A stretch of DNA of 64,000 nt from Utricularia gibba (GCA_002189035.1 NEEC01000018.1:1426001-1490000); one strand, 5' to 3'; shown: positions 12,858 to 25,425, numbered from the stretch's first letter. Notes: generated by a model not told the origin, from the letters alone. A program made the numbers and translations.

Positions 12858-14117
12858 TTAATTATGACGCAAGGCCCACGGGTCAACTCTACAGACCGCT
12901 ATCCGCCAAACCTTGATATCACCATCAAAGCTTCCACTAATCACTTTCACATGGTTATCTCCGCCGCCGTATTCCGCCGCTAGGGACCTCACCGGGGATC
13001 GGTGCCGATCCAATACCGTCAAGCAAGAGTAGCTGCCCTCCACCCGCCTCCGCCAAATCCTCACCGTCTGATCCGCCGAACCGCTGAAAAGCAAATTGTC
13101 AACGTTGACCAAGCACAGTATTGCTTTTGAGTGTCCTCTGAGTGCGCCCCGCGCCGCCATGTGATGATCATTGCCGTCTTCTCTTTCCCACACGAGAATG
13201 GATCTGTCGGAGGACCCAGAGAAGAGAACCGACCCGTTTGGGTTCAGGGAGAGTGCATTGACGGCTGATTTGTGTCTCTCGAGAGATGAAACTAGGGTGT
13301 ATTTTTTGCCCATGTTCTTCCATACCTTGATTCTCCGATCTGCGGAGCCGGTGTATATGAATCCGTCTATTGAAACCGCCACCGCGTTAATGGCGTCGTC
13401 GTGGGCTCTGTTAATTGATCGGAGGCAGTGATTTCTCCGGCCACCCCAGAATTTGATGCTTCGATCCCATGAAATCGATACGATCGAATCGCCGTCCATT
13501 TCACAGACTGCTAACCCTGAAACCGCGTCGTAATGCTCTACGCTGAGCTTCATTCTGTGGCGGCGGACCTTGACGTAGTTTTTCGGTAGAAGGGATCTCC
13601 AAAACCGATCTGAAATCGTCGGAAGGGAAGCGATTTGTTTGTGCTGTTTCTGATCATTAACAATCCACACCCTGATTCTGCAATCTTGATGGGCGGTATA
13701 GATTTTCCCGGCAAGAAATGCTATCGATTTCACAGCACCCGATGAGGTCTTCTCCTTGTTGAAGCTGTCCACTAGGGAGTTGTCTATCAACTCGTAGACA
13801 TTGATTTCGTTTCCCACGGCAGCGTAAACCAGATTCCTATGGATGGCAAGGAAATTGGCGGCACTTTCACATCGGCGGTGGAGGGTGCTGCACTTCACAA
13901 CGGTGGCGGGGGAATCGCTGGATAGCGTGAGCCTATCGAGGGATGGAAGTGAAGGAAGTGTTGCGATGGAGACGTTACTGTGTATGCTGATGTTGCTTTC
14001 CGATGACCCAAGCTGCGAGTCAGAGAAACCGTCTAGGGACGGTGATCTCCCGCTCAAGGAACAAGGCGGAAGCGGCGGCGAGAATGGGTCGCCGGAATTT
14101 GCCACGGTGGAGGACAT
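12858..14117 (-). CDS. WD40-repeat protein, JINGUBANG-like, single exon
   Basis: 419-aa ORF with YTAHQDCRIRVW, KNYVKVRRH, HYDAVSGLA, SISWDRSIKFW, AHDDAINAVAV, TGSADRRIKVW, SGSADQTVRIW. Confidence 0.88.
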   Translation of the reverse strand: MSSTVANSGDPFSPPLPPCSLSGRSPSLDGFSDSQLGSSESNISIHSNVSIATLPSLPSLDRLTLSSDSPATVVKCSTLHRRCESAANFLAIHRNLVYAAVGNEINVYELIDNSLVDSFNKEKTSSGAVKSIAFLAGKIYTAHQDCRIRVWIVNDQKQHKQIASLPTISDRFWRSLLPKNYVKVRRHRMKLSVEHYDAVSGLAVCEMDGDSIVSISWDRSIKFWGGRRNHCLRSINRAHDDAINAVAVSIDGFIYTGSADRRIKVWKNMGKKYTLVSSLERHKSAVNALSLNPNGSVLFSGSSDRSILVWEREDGNDHHMAARGALRGHSKAILCLVNVDNLLFSGSADQTVRIWRRRVEGSYSCLTVLDRHRSPVRSLAAEYGGGDNHVKVISGSFDGDIKVWRIAVCRVDPWALRHN

Positions 14118-14779
14118 ATTCTCAACTCCGATCGCTTTTTGTTACGGAAGCCAAGACGCGATATTTACGAGTCGAAAAGCGTGGTAACAGTGAAAGCGCG
14201 ATTCAAATCAAACATTTCTGCTACCATTTTTTTATTGACCTTATCGATGGACAATAATGGAAATTCACAATAATTTATTAAATAATATTTTATTACTGCC
14301 GCGTGGTCAACGATTAAAAAAAACGAAAATACGTCATAAAAAGTGTGTTTAGTATATGATATTAAATATTACATTTGTATATCAAAATCTAATGTTTATC
14401 AAATGATAAGATTTATTAATGATTGAAATAATGATTAGATATTTAAAAATACTCATGATTCATTTAACGTTTCTATTCTATTTTTAATTTTAATTTACAT
14501 TAAAAATATTAAAACATAAATATATTGTAATATAAATAAAAAAATTTTCAATATTTAAATTTCATAAGTAAATACACCATGTAGTTATTGAGCCTTATAG
14601 GCCCAGTGTGGAAGTTCATGTCCTTAAGTTGGGCGTGCAGTTGAGCTCACCTAAAATAACGGGCCACGTAGGCCCATAAAACGTGTGGCGCGCACCACCT
14701 TTCGGATAAGAAGATAAAATGATCCTGACCTCCTGAACCCATCTTCGTCGATTTTGATTCACCGGAAGCAAGCTCGGAA

Positions 14780-15328
14780 ATGGCTGCGGCGATGGCGACT
14801 TCTATGGCGGTTGCGAACCTCAAAATAATCTCTGGGAAGGCGAGATGCGTCACTAAGGCCACGCCGCCAAAGTCCGTTAACCTCCGCTCTGCCTCGACCG
14901 CTTCGGGAAGCGGGGTTCTCGCCGGGGCTGTCTTTTCCGCGCTGGCGATCTCAGATCCAGCCATCGCGGCGCAGCAGCTGGCGGAGATCGCGGAAGCCGA
15001 CAATCGGGGCCTGGCGCTACTCCTCCCGATCATCCCAGCGATCGCGTGGGTGCTTTTCAATATTCTGCAGCCGGCTCTGAATCAGATCAACAGAATGAGG
15101 AATACCAAATCCAAAGGGGTGATTGTAGGTTTGGGTCTTGGTGGGTTGGGTCTGCTGCACCACGCGCCGCCGGCTTCCGCCGGCAGTCTCGGTGAACTGG
15201 CGGAGGCGGCTGGCGGTGACAACCGAGGGCAACTGTTGCTGCTCGTTGTAGCGCCGGCGATTGCTTGGGTGTTGTTCAACATTCTTCAGCCAGCTTTGAA
15301 TCAGATCAACAGGATGAGGTCCAAGTAA
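14780..15328 (+). CDS. PSBY: Photosystem II PsbY polyprotein (transit peptide plus two tandem PsbY units)
   Basis: Two copies of DNRG..LL....PAIAWVLFNILQPALNQINRMR, each preceded by an AxA-type thylakoid processing site. Confidence 0.96.
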   Translation: MAAAMATSMAVANLKIISGKARCVTKATPPKSVNLRSASTASGSGVLAGAVFSALAISDPAIAAQQLAEIAEADNRGLALLLPIIPAIAWVLFNILQPALNQINRMRNTKSKGVIVGLGLGGLGLLHHAPPASAGSLGELAEAAGGDNRGQLLLLVVAPAIAWVLFNILQPALNQINRMRSK

Positions 15329-15636
15329 AAGTGAATGACCAAAACACCCTCCCCATATTCCCTTGGGCCATCCATGTTAATCCGTTGAAGGAATGGGCAA
15401 TTTAGTACTTGCGTTCACCCTCTCGGGCTATTTCCAATTTAATCCTCTATTTTGACGCCATTATTATTATGATTTATAAAACATTTATAAAAATTCCATT
15501 TCACATGAATTTTAATTTTAATTGTATATTTAATAAAAGAATGTTTTACACATATATTTATATAATCTATCTATCAATTACCTACACTTAATTATGACTA
15601 AATTATTATTCATAATTAAAACAGTCAAACATATAA

Positions 15637-16178
15637 TGTTGGTATCGAAAATAAGCATTTACCATGGAGGAGGTTAAAAGGGACAAGATAAACTCTCCCT
15701 TTGAGACAAGAACTTATGGGGAGCTGAAATCGGAAATCATTATCAGCATCAAGTCGGCTAACCTGGACAGGCCAGAGGAAGGCTAAATAGCTAAGGGGCA
15801 TAAATCGATCTTTAAGGACACGAAAAGGATAACATTAGAAACCAATTGTTTTGACACAATTTGAAAAACAGTCGATCTATAAGAGTCATACCAGACGACA
15901 ATTATCTATCAATAGGATTACTTGAATACCAACATATGTTGAAAATAATTGACATTCTCAGAAATCATCAACAAAACCTTTACTATGTATAGACAAGTAT
16001 TTGAGGAGAACTTCATTTTGCCTTTCTCCTTCTCTCTTTAGTAAAACCAACTTCTCGGGAGAACTATTTCAACTCTAAGGTTTTCCACTTCTATGATTTC
16101 CACATAAAAGCCATAGTCTTTTACCGATTTAACACCTAAAATTGGACACTTTCCTTCAGTCCATTTATGATCACAACA
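15637..16178. mobile_element. Solo LTR (542 bp)
   Basis: Begins TGTTGGTATC and ends GATCACAACA (TG...CA, 8/10 inverted match). Identical 5-bp TSD TATAA at 15632-15636 and 16179-16183. No internal retrotransposon coding sequence. Confidence 0.8.
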
Positions 16179-16721
16179 TATAATCTTTTTTAATATAATA
16201 TATATTTTTATGTAATTAAGTTTTATATATAATTACTTGATTCATTGAATACTTAATTTCAACATAAATAATTTATATTTATTTAAAAATAAATAATTCA
16301 TAATATCAAATGCATCCTTAACATTTTTATATTAAAATTTAATTTTTAATGTCAAATTATTATCAACATTTATAATTTTAATCACAATTTTTTTTCTTAT
16401 TTTTTTGCAGTGGGGTACTGACTTCTGCCTCTGGTTGGGTTTGCAGTACTTCACCGACCATTCACCACAATCCAAATGTGTGAAAGTAGGTGCATTAAGT
16501 GTCAGCTGGTGACACGCACACAGACAAGGGGAAAAGCAGCCGGTTTCTGTAAGAATGCCTGTGGCCATTTCCAAATTCGAACCTCCCGTCTTCGTGTTTC
16601 CCCTTCTATCTTGTCCTAACCCCATCCCACGTTGGTTCCTACAGTTTGTTAACCAGGTGCATATGAAGGCGATCATCTTTTTTGTAAAGAGTGAATATGA
16701 ATACAGTTTGTTGTTGTGACC

Positions 16722-18245
16722 TCAACCTGTGGAAAAAAACAGGCTTTCACCGAGGGATCTCATGAATTGGGCAGGGACATCACCAAGTAGCCCGTGATCA
16801 CTGTAATGGGAGTATTCGCCATGCTCGAAGCTATGGTCCCCGGTCTGTCCACCCCCATAAATGGAGTCGCCATCCTCATCATATCCATTCCGATGCGAGC
16901 CCCTGAACAAGCCTTTGTCTGGATGGAGACGATGCTGGGATTCCGGTGGTAGCTGAAAAGCTGTGGGCGGCGTCCCTGGAATGCTGCTCTCTTCGTCAAG
17001 AGCAGGAGTCTTGCGCTGCTGCTGCTGCTGCTTCAACTGCCTCTCTTTCTCGAACCTGCTCAGGAATAGCCTGTACTTCTGAAACCATAAAAGAACTGTT
17101 ATGACACATGTCGTAGGTATCTGTTTAAATGGTACATTGGTTGCAGAGTTGAAATAAATGGCTGATTTGATTGTTGAGACAGTATGGCATTAGTCCGAGA
17201 ATGGGGTTTATACCAGACACAATTGAATGTTTGATCCAACAAATGCAACTAATGTTTCTTTTCAAATCATAACTCGCTATACCTGTAGATGGCTTGCCAC
17301 ATTTTCTCTGGTTAGCCATGGAACCTCCATCAAGTCGAGTATTTTCTTCGGCCCGGCTTCTGCAACCAAGAGAATGAAATCAACCCCCAAAGAGTTAGTT
17401 CTTGGTGAATGAGGAATCAGGGCTCACTCTCAATGCCGATCTGATTGACTGCCTGCACGAACTTGTGATGAAGGTCGACGCTCCAAACCACTCTGGCTTT
17501 CTTGGTGGTGGTGGTAGCAGAAGAAGAAGAAGAAGTGGCGTCACCGGAACAAGAAACCCCATCATTGGGCTTCTTATCAGCAGCTTCCTTCTTCCTCTGC
17601 CCGTGCGCATAATCTGCACTGAAAAAGAAGCCACTCTTCTTCTCTTCAAACAAAGACCCCTCTTTGATTCTGCCTTCCACGAGCACCCTTCTTCTCAAAG
17701 CATGCATCCGTATGTCCCGAATGTCCTTCGCTCTTACAGGCTTTAAAAGGTATCCACAGGCGCCGTACTGCACTCCTTTCGTTATCCGGTCCATCTCTCC
17801 ATCTGCCGACATAACTGCAACGCACATTACAAGAGGATGCTTCCGTCAGTCACCTCACCTCACCCTCACCGGCGCAACGCAATCAACGCAACTCACTTAT
17901 GACGGGAAGATCCATCTCCAGGCCAACATGCTGCACAAGCTTGTACCCGTCCATATCCGACACGTTGATATCGCATATCACGATGTCGAACCTTCCCCTT
18001 CCTTCTCGAAGAAAGAACATCGCAACCCGACCCAAATGGCACGTCGTCACTGCAAGGGAAGCAACCACATGTATTTTTTTCTTACACAGATGAAGCAGAA
18101 TGGAGAGAAAGGATAACCGGGAACCTTGGTATTTGCATCTGTGAAGCATCTTCGCGAGACTGTTCAAGGAGGTGAGATCATCGTCCACCACGAGGACCCG
18201 GAGGCCTTCCGGGGAGCCGCCTTCGACAGCCGCGCCCGCCTCCAT
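16722..18245 (-). CDS. Type-B response regulator, ARR11-like (receiver plus GARP/Myb-like domain), at least 5 exons
   Basis: Exons 18245-18125, 18049-17897, 17814-17428, 17359-17283, 17078-16722 give [78 protein letters not shown]. The 3' end may have one more exon. Confidence 0.85.
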
Positions 18246-19262
18246 CTCGCCGGCGATAGCAAGGCAGTGATTACCAAGATAGACTATATAAAATAGACAC
18301 TTGGGTTCCAATTATAGGTCTCTCTTTTGTTTGCTAGCTCAAAACCAGGTCTAAAACTATTGTTTTTTCCGCATAATTATAGTAAAATTCCTGGTTCATG
18401 TAAGGGTGTAATCACATTAGGTAAATCCCACAAGAAAATTGAGAGTTTATATACAAGTATTTTTTTCAAATTTTGTATGAACCTTTTTATTTGAAATTGG
18501 ATAAGGTAATAATTGTATATACAAAACAGACAATATTATATCAAAGAGTCCTAAGTTTTGAAGGGGGAAGAATGACCTGACCTAAAGAAGGGTGCAATCA
18601 TCTCAAGTAAATATCACATTAATTACGCACATAGAGGAGAAAGAATTTATAAAAAAAAGATACTTGATAATCTCATATGAAACCATTTACTTAAAAAGAA
18701 ATAACGTAAAATTATGATTATTGATTATCCAAAATGAATAATATTGTGTAATTAAAGCCTCACAATCATAATTTCTTATTGTTTGGTCTTGTGTAGAGCA
18801 GCCTAATTCATTTTTAAAATAGTTTAATATTATCGTTTTTTGTTATTATTATTGAAAAATAGAATTGCAATGGGTCCCAATTTAGCTGTAGTGATCGGAC
18901 ATGTAGCGCGCCGGGAGCTGTCCGGACGCAGCAGTGGACCACCGCCACATTATTGTCCATTTGTGTGGGAAACGTACGCCCAATTTTGCTTTCTTTTTTT
19001 TTTTATTATTTATCCAAAATTTAAAATATAGTCGACATAAAGATAAGCATTAAAAATTTGCGCATTTTATTTCTATTTCATGTTTTCTTTTAAATAATTA
19101 TTATGATATATGAACCAGTGCTATTTTGAATAATTATTATGAAATAGAATGATCATGTAATTCTTGTTCAAGATCTTTTATGAGAAAAAATTACTAAATC
19201 ATGATAATTACAAAACTCATATGGATAATAATAATTATTTTATTTTATTTTAATATGTATGT

Positions 19263-19650
19263 CCAATTTCATAAAAAGACAACTAAAATGGATGTATTAA
19301 AAAAATGGATATTGCATATGAAAACAAATTGGTCATATAATGTGTGATAAATAAACGCCAATTTCATAAAAAAAAAAAACAACTAAAATGAATGTATTAA
19401 AAAAGTGGATATTGCATATGTAAATAATTGGTCGTATAATATGTGATAAATAAACGCCAATTTCATAAAAAGACAACTAAAATGGATATATTAAAAATGG
19501 TTATTATATATGTAAAAAATTGGTCGTATAATGTGTGATAGTTAAACGCCAATTTCATAAAAAGACAATTAAAATGGATGTATTAAAAAAATTGATTATA
19601 TAGTGTAAGAGAGAAAAACGCCAATTTTCTAAATTGTCCTAAAATGAATA
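19263..19650. repeat. Tandem minisatellite, ~92-99-bp unit, 4 copies plus a partial fifth
   Basis: Units start CCAATTT at 19263, 19358, 19457, 19549 and 19621 (partial). Shared core CAACTAAAATGGATGTATTAAAA...TTGGTCGTATAATGTGTGATA. Confidence 0.85.
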
Positions 19651-21600
19651 TCCTAATGATAAAATAAGTGTGGTTGGTTAGCAGGAACCGTGGCGTGGTG
19701 AGCACAGGATTTGATTGGTCAGAAACAATCACAACAGCGTAATAAAAAGACAAGGCTGATGGACCGCAGAGACGGTCGGACGGATGCGTTGTTGGGTCGA
19801 GTGGTCACTCTCTGTGTTTTTTTCCGGTCGACCGGCGGTTTCTGTTTCCTGGGGTGTGGAAAGATTCACTCTTCTGTAGTTCCTTTTGTAGTACCATTAC
19901 CGGGATTTGGATTAAAAAAAGAGAAAAACTCCGAGGAATGGATTAAGGGTTTCTTCTTTTGTGAAATCTAAGCATCTTCCTGTTCGAGGCGGGCGCCGTG
20001 GCGTCGCTGTTGGGGCGATTGGCCGGGCCAGTTGCATGTGGGAGTAAAGGCTCGTGGAGCCTGGGGGATCGGGAGGCACATGGCGGCGTCGGTCACGTGA
20101 CCATCGGAAAATAATTAAATTACTCGGCTCCAGAAGGGTCCATGAATTAACAAAAATAATAATAATAATATTATTATTTTTTGGTTGCCGACCAATGAGG
20201 AATTTTCAACGTTATTGGATTATTAAATGGATATATTTGTCGTTTATTTGGGTGTTAAAATTAATTAATCATATGACTAGTAACACGTCATGTTTGGTAG
20301 TGACACTTCGATGCATAATGAGGACAAAGCGACGTCGTTGGCATCGACGCTGTCTCATGACGTTTGGTTACAATTGTTTAAGCCCTTGTGATGTGGTTGT
20401 GTGTGTCCTATGTAACCATTGATGTTATAAAATGTGATGGATGGGAATCACGAGTGGATCTTGAAATTCGATTTAAGAGCTAAAAATAATTTCAAATGTT
20501 GAAATACAACGTAGAAAAAAAAAAGAAAAACTCAAATTTTAATATATGATAAAGATGATTAGATTGTAAGCGACCCTTTGAACACATATTTATGTTGATA
20601 TTAGGAGATGATTATTAGGTTTTTTTTTACAAAGATTGTTGTATTTAGGGTTATATTCAAAATCATGTTTTTAAAAATATGTATGTTTTTATATTTTGAA
20701 TTTATAATGATACACGTTCATCTTATATAATATTATTTATTTTGAACATATAATTTTCATAATTTCATATTTTCCCCATCTTTAACCTATATTTTCAGAA
20801 GTTTACCTATACTTACTTTTTTCAAACCAAACATATTTAACTCTAGAATTCCTCTCAAGTACCATCTATCGTATTCGAAAAAAAAATTTATTACAAGATT
20901 TGTATAATCATTTTATTCAATTACATCCTTACTTCTTCGATAGGCGATATATGATTCATCTAAAACCCTTTCACCCTTCCCCGACACGCGGCATCACAAA
21001 GTTGCTTTGAGATTTAGTGTGTAAGTTTTTCAAAGAAAAACCCGTTCCAGAGTGGTCGTCTTCCCTCCTGCTCTCTCCCGGGTAAGGAGGCAGAGTTTTC
21101 ATGGTTCTCCGTTGAAGATTTGCCTGTAAATACACATGCTGGTAACAGCCATGATTTTACTTCAATAAGTAGATTGGTAGACATATCGATAAGCTCAATG
21201 AAACGAAGTGTTTCTGCATATGCAGGGCACCTGCAATAACAGCAGAAAGATGGGGAGTGGGAAGAACAACTACAACAGGGGGTTCCAATCAAGGTTGCTG
21301 AAGTCCATGATAATGCACAAGTTGATGGAATCAGTACGCCCTTTTACAGATGATAGAAGTCATGGCGTTATGGTCACAACCATTACAAACAAGCATGATT
21401 ATGCCTAAAAGGGTGTAATCTGGAATGCCTGTAGAGTTTATTCCGTTGAGTGAATGATGGTGGCGATGATTTTCCTACAAAAACATTGAAACGGGAATGG
21501 TGTAAAATGGCTACGACATTCGGATAACTGCAGAGAAGAATTTTTCAACATGAAGTCAGGAGGTTAACATGATAGAAAGCAAAGTCACCTGATGGAAGGA

Positions 21601-23456
21601 TTAGGCGGCAGCAGCCTGCTGCAACTCTCGGTCAGCATGCTCTCTGATCCTTCGTTCGAGCTCAGGTCGAAAGTGCCGGATGAGGCCCTGAACAGGCCAA
21701 GCAGCAGCATCACCCAATGCACAGATAGTGTGACCTTCGATCTGTTTTGTCACCTCCTGAAGCATATCAATTTCCTCCAGTTTAGCATTTCCAACTTTCA
21801 TTCTTTCCATGATCATCCAAAGCCATCCTGTGCCTTCCCTACAAGGCGTACACTGCCCACAGCTCTCATGTTTGTAAAAGTAAGAAAGTCTAGCAATTGC
21901 ATCCACGATATCAGTGGACTTGTCCATCACGATAACAGCAGCTGTTCCTAATCCTGATTGGACAGCCTTAAGGGCATCATAGTCCATGAGCACATCCTCA
22001 CATATGTCCTTGGTTATCAACGGAACTGATGAACCACCAGGTATAACAGCAAGTAAGTTATCCCATCCCCACGAACACCACCGCAGTGTCTCTCTATTAG
22101 CTCCTTAAACGGTATGCTCATCTCCTCTTCAACAGTGCATGGCTTGTTTACATGGCCAGAGATACAAAACAGTTTCGTTCCAGAGTTATTTTTCCTTCCA
22201 AAACTTGCAAACCATTCTGGTCCACGCCTTAGAATCGTGGGTGAAACAGCTACTGTTTCGACATTTGTAACTGTGGTTGGGCAGCCATACAGCCCTGCAT
22301 TGGCTGGAAATGGAGGCTTCAGCCTCGGTTTTCCTTGCTTGCCCTCGAGGCTTTCCAGAAGAGCTGTCTCTTCACCACATATGTAAGCTCCAGCGCCAAA
22401 GTGGATATGCACATCAAAATCATAGCCTGATCCACATGCATTCTTTCCCAGCAATCCAGCCTGATAAGCTTCTCTCCTGGCGATCTCCAAGTTCCTTCTT
22501 TCATTGACATACTCACCACGAATATAAATATAGGCAGCAGTCGCCCTCATTCCTACACCAGCTATTAAGCACCCTTCTAGCAACTTATGAGGATCATGGC
22601 GCATAATCTCTCTGTCTTTGCATGTTCCTGGTTCGCTTTCATCAGCATTAACAACGAGGTATGAAGGACGGCCGTCAGATGTTTTTGGCATAAAAGACCA
22701 TTTCAGACCAGAAGGAAATCCAGCACCCCCTCGGCCCCTAAGACCAGATTTCTTCATCTCATTGACAATCCAATCAGCGCCCTTCAGCACAAGGTCCTTT
22801 GTCCGATACCAATCCCCACGTTTCATTGCACCCTTCAAAAACGGGTCATGCAGCCCATACAGATTTGTGAAAATCCGATCCTCATCTTTCAGACCTCCAA
22901 AATGAGTCTTCTCCGGAGGAGGAGGAGGTGGTGGAGGTTGCTGAGCGGCAGGCGTCGTGTTCGCTCCAGCCTCAGCACTCAAAAGTCTGCTCGTCAGGTA
23001 CCAACTCCGACGTGATTCCCGAGCCAAAGCGCTCCACTTCAGAGAAAGAAGGCCTCTCATAGGCGCCTGTTAAAACACACACATTTATCTCCACTTCACA
23101 CTCAAATGACATGGAGAAAGGCATTAGCCCAGAAAAATGATGAACCACACCAACCCCAGACCACCATCTCCTTAAAAGTTAAAACCCTTGAAGCAAACTT
23201 CCATCTTTTCATAAAAAAACCCGCAGTTGACGGGAAATTCTCCAAATGGGGTCGAAATCAACATAAAGAAAAGGGAAAAAGACGAACCCAACCAATTGAA
23301 ACAACAAGATACGACCTTCAAATCCCTAATCATGAGAGTAATAGTAGGTACGGGCAGACTCAGTATCCGACATCAGTTGCACGAATTGAAATCTCAAAAC
23401 CGCAAATAAGATCAAATAGCTGCTAAATTGTTGAAGGGAAAGCAGAGGCCTACCAT
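21601..23456 (-). CDS. NDUFV1: Mitochondrial complex I 51-kDa FMN subunit (NDUFV1/CI51); one apparent 1-nt deletion at 22067-22070
   Basis: [60 protein letters not shown]. Coding exon 1 is the ATG only (23456-23454, then GT); acceptor before 23066 gives MAPMRG. Frame shifts at CGT GGG GA TGG (expected RGGW). Confidence 0.95.
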
Positions 23457-23669
23457 AAAGCATCAACGCCCCTTCGTGGATACGACGATCTCAGGGATCC
23501 GCGTCTCCGCAATTCACTACAGCGAACCTGTTTTGCAGAGGAATCGAGCGACAAAGAGATGTAGGCGTAGGAGGAAAATTGGACGGCTAGGATCTTGTGA
23601 CCGGATGGCATGTTAATCTTGATCCGTTGGATGAGAAAAATGGAGGAATCGACGACAACCTTCCTCCAA

Positions 23670-23720
23670 ATGGGCTGGACCCGTCGGCCCTTAAATTCAA
23701 ATGGACAATTAGCCCAGTTA
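23670..23720. promoter_or_regulatory. Site II-like motifs in the NDUFV1 promoter
   Basis: TGGGCT, GGCCC and AGCCCA about 220-260 bp upstream of the ATG; such elements are typical of nuclear respiratory genes. Confidence 0.35.
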
Positions 23721-24206
23721 AATATTAAAAGTAAAAACAATTTTGTATTTTTTATATTTAAAAAACTTAAAAAATATATCCAATTTTAAATACAAAATTC
23801 AAATCATATATACCTAATAAAATTATTTAAATTACTGAATGAAAAAACTATCTACTTATACCAATTTAAATCATCAAATTTATTAGTGTTTTTATCTTTT
23901 ATTTTTGATAATTTATAAATTATATTTATATTTATATAAATTTTATCTTTTATCAAATTTTTGATAAATTTGAACTATTTGACATTTGTTCGATTTCAAA
24001 GGTGATATTTATAATTTTTTTCAAAAATTATGATTTATTAAAAAAATAACCATGAATTAAATATTCAAAACAGAAAATATCGTTGTGATTTTTCTGATTT
24101 TTCTGAAGTTAAAACAAGAAGAAAAACCCATGTTCGTATAAACGCTACTGCGTCCTCACAGAGGAATATATTCGTGAATGTACTCTATGACAATACGTTG
24201 TTTCTC

Positions 24207-25425
24207 TTATATGATGCTGCACACGATGTGAGACACTGTAGCTACGAACATTCCGAGTGTCGCTCCGACCACAACCTGTGACAGAACACAACAACCAGTT
24301 GAAGGTCTGGTCCATATGGTGTTCAAGGTTCTTGTAAAAGGTAACAATGGCGAACCTGTGGAGGGGTGTGTCCCAGAAGTTCACGAAGGGGTGCAGCCTC
24401 TGCAAGAGGGTGTTCAGCTGGAAGCTCAAGCACTATTTGATTCAGAACCTAAAAGTTCATAATGGGTGTTTCCCACATGAAGGGAATTGATTTGTTAAGG
24501 TAAGTGAACAGACAAAAGATATGAAGGAACCTCTGCTTGGCGCCCTGCATGTAGCCTTATGCCTGTTGCATCATACATTACCTGCAAATCAACCAAACTA
24601 CGCTTGTTGCATCTAGCATCATACTTTGTAGAAGATTTTACATGTGATATAGCTTAGCAAGCAGCATTGGCGTTCAGATCATTACAGTTATATACAAGGA
24701 AGTGCAGAAAGCAGCCATTTTTAGCAGGATCTACAGGGAACCCTCTCTGGTTCATAAGCTTTAACAGTTTCTTATCAACCAACACAGCATATAAATGAAA
24801 TGCAGAAGACATCCGATGGATTTGAGTGAAGCAATCAGAGCTATTTCGATACTATAAGTGTCATTTTCAGCAGAGAATTTAAGGAACTAGCTCTGGTTTA
24901 TATTTTTTACTTTTGAGTGTCATAACTAACCGAAATCTGCAGCATATAAGAAGTGTCCAGAAGATTCATCTGAATGTAGAGTTTAAAAACCCAGCTCTGG
25001 TTTCTAGAAACATACCACAAAGGCCAAGATCAATGCGGTAGCAAATTGTGATCCCCCAAATCCATCTTGAAAACCAACCGCCATAGCAAGCGCGGTTACC
25101 GTGGCGGAATGGGAGGATGGCATCCCACCAGACCCAATAACTTGATTCAGATCCCAACGATTTCCCTTGTACCTAAACAAAGACACCCAATTCAAATCAC
25201 GATAGAAACGATAAAATTTATTCAACAAAAACTCCAATTGAGTTACCACGAAGATATGATCTTATACGATTGGCTGATCGCGAACGCGAGAAGAGAAGAA
25301 ATTAATGGGTAATTGGAAAAGATTGAAGCGGAGTAAGGTGTTGTCGCTGGAATCGATGTTGATGTAGAATTGAATGAATCTTGGGACAAGGGCGTTATTG
25401 ATTCGCCTCCCTCATGCATCACCAT
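24207..25425 (-). CDS. DUF212 acid phosphatase/vanadium-dependent haloperoxidase-related membrane protein, 5 exons
   Basis: NYPLISSLLAF, SGGMPSSHSATVTALA, VMYDATGIRLHAGRQAE, VLNQIVLELP, LRELLGHTPPQVVVG across GT-AG introns. Stop TAA at 24209-24207. Confidence 0.9.

Noticed and set aside
16100-16117. 16-nt match CACATAAAAGCCATAG shared with ~38680 inside the MULE
   Set aside because: A match of this length is expected by chance in 64 kb of AT-rich DNA and does not extend.
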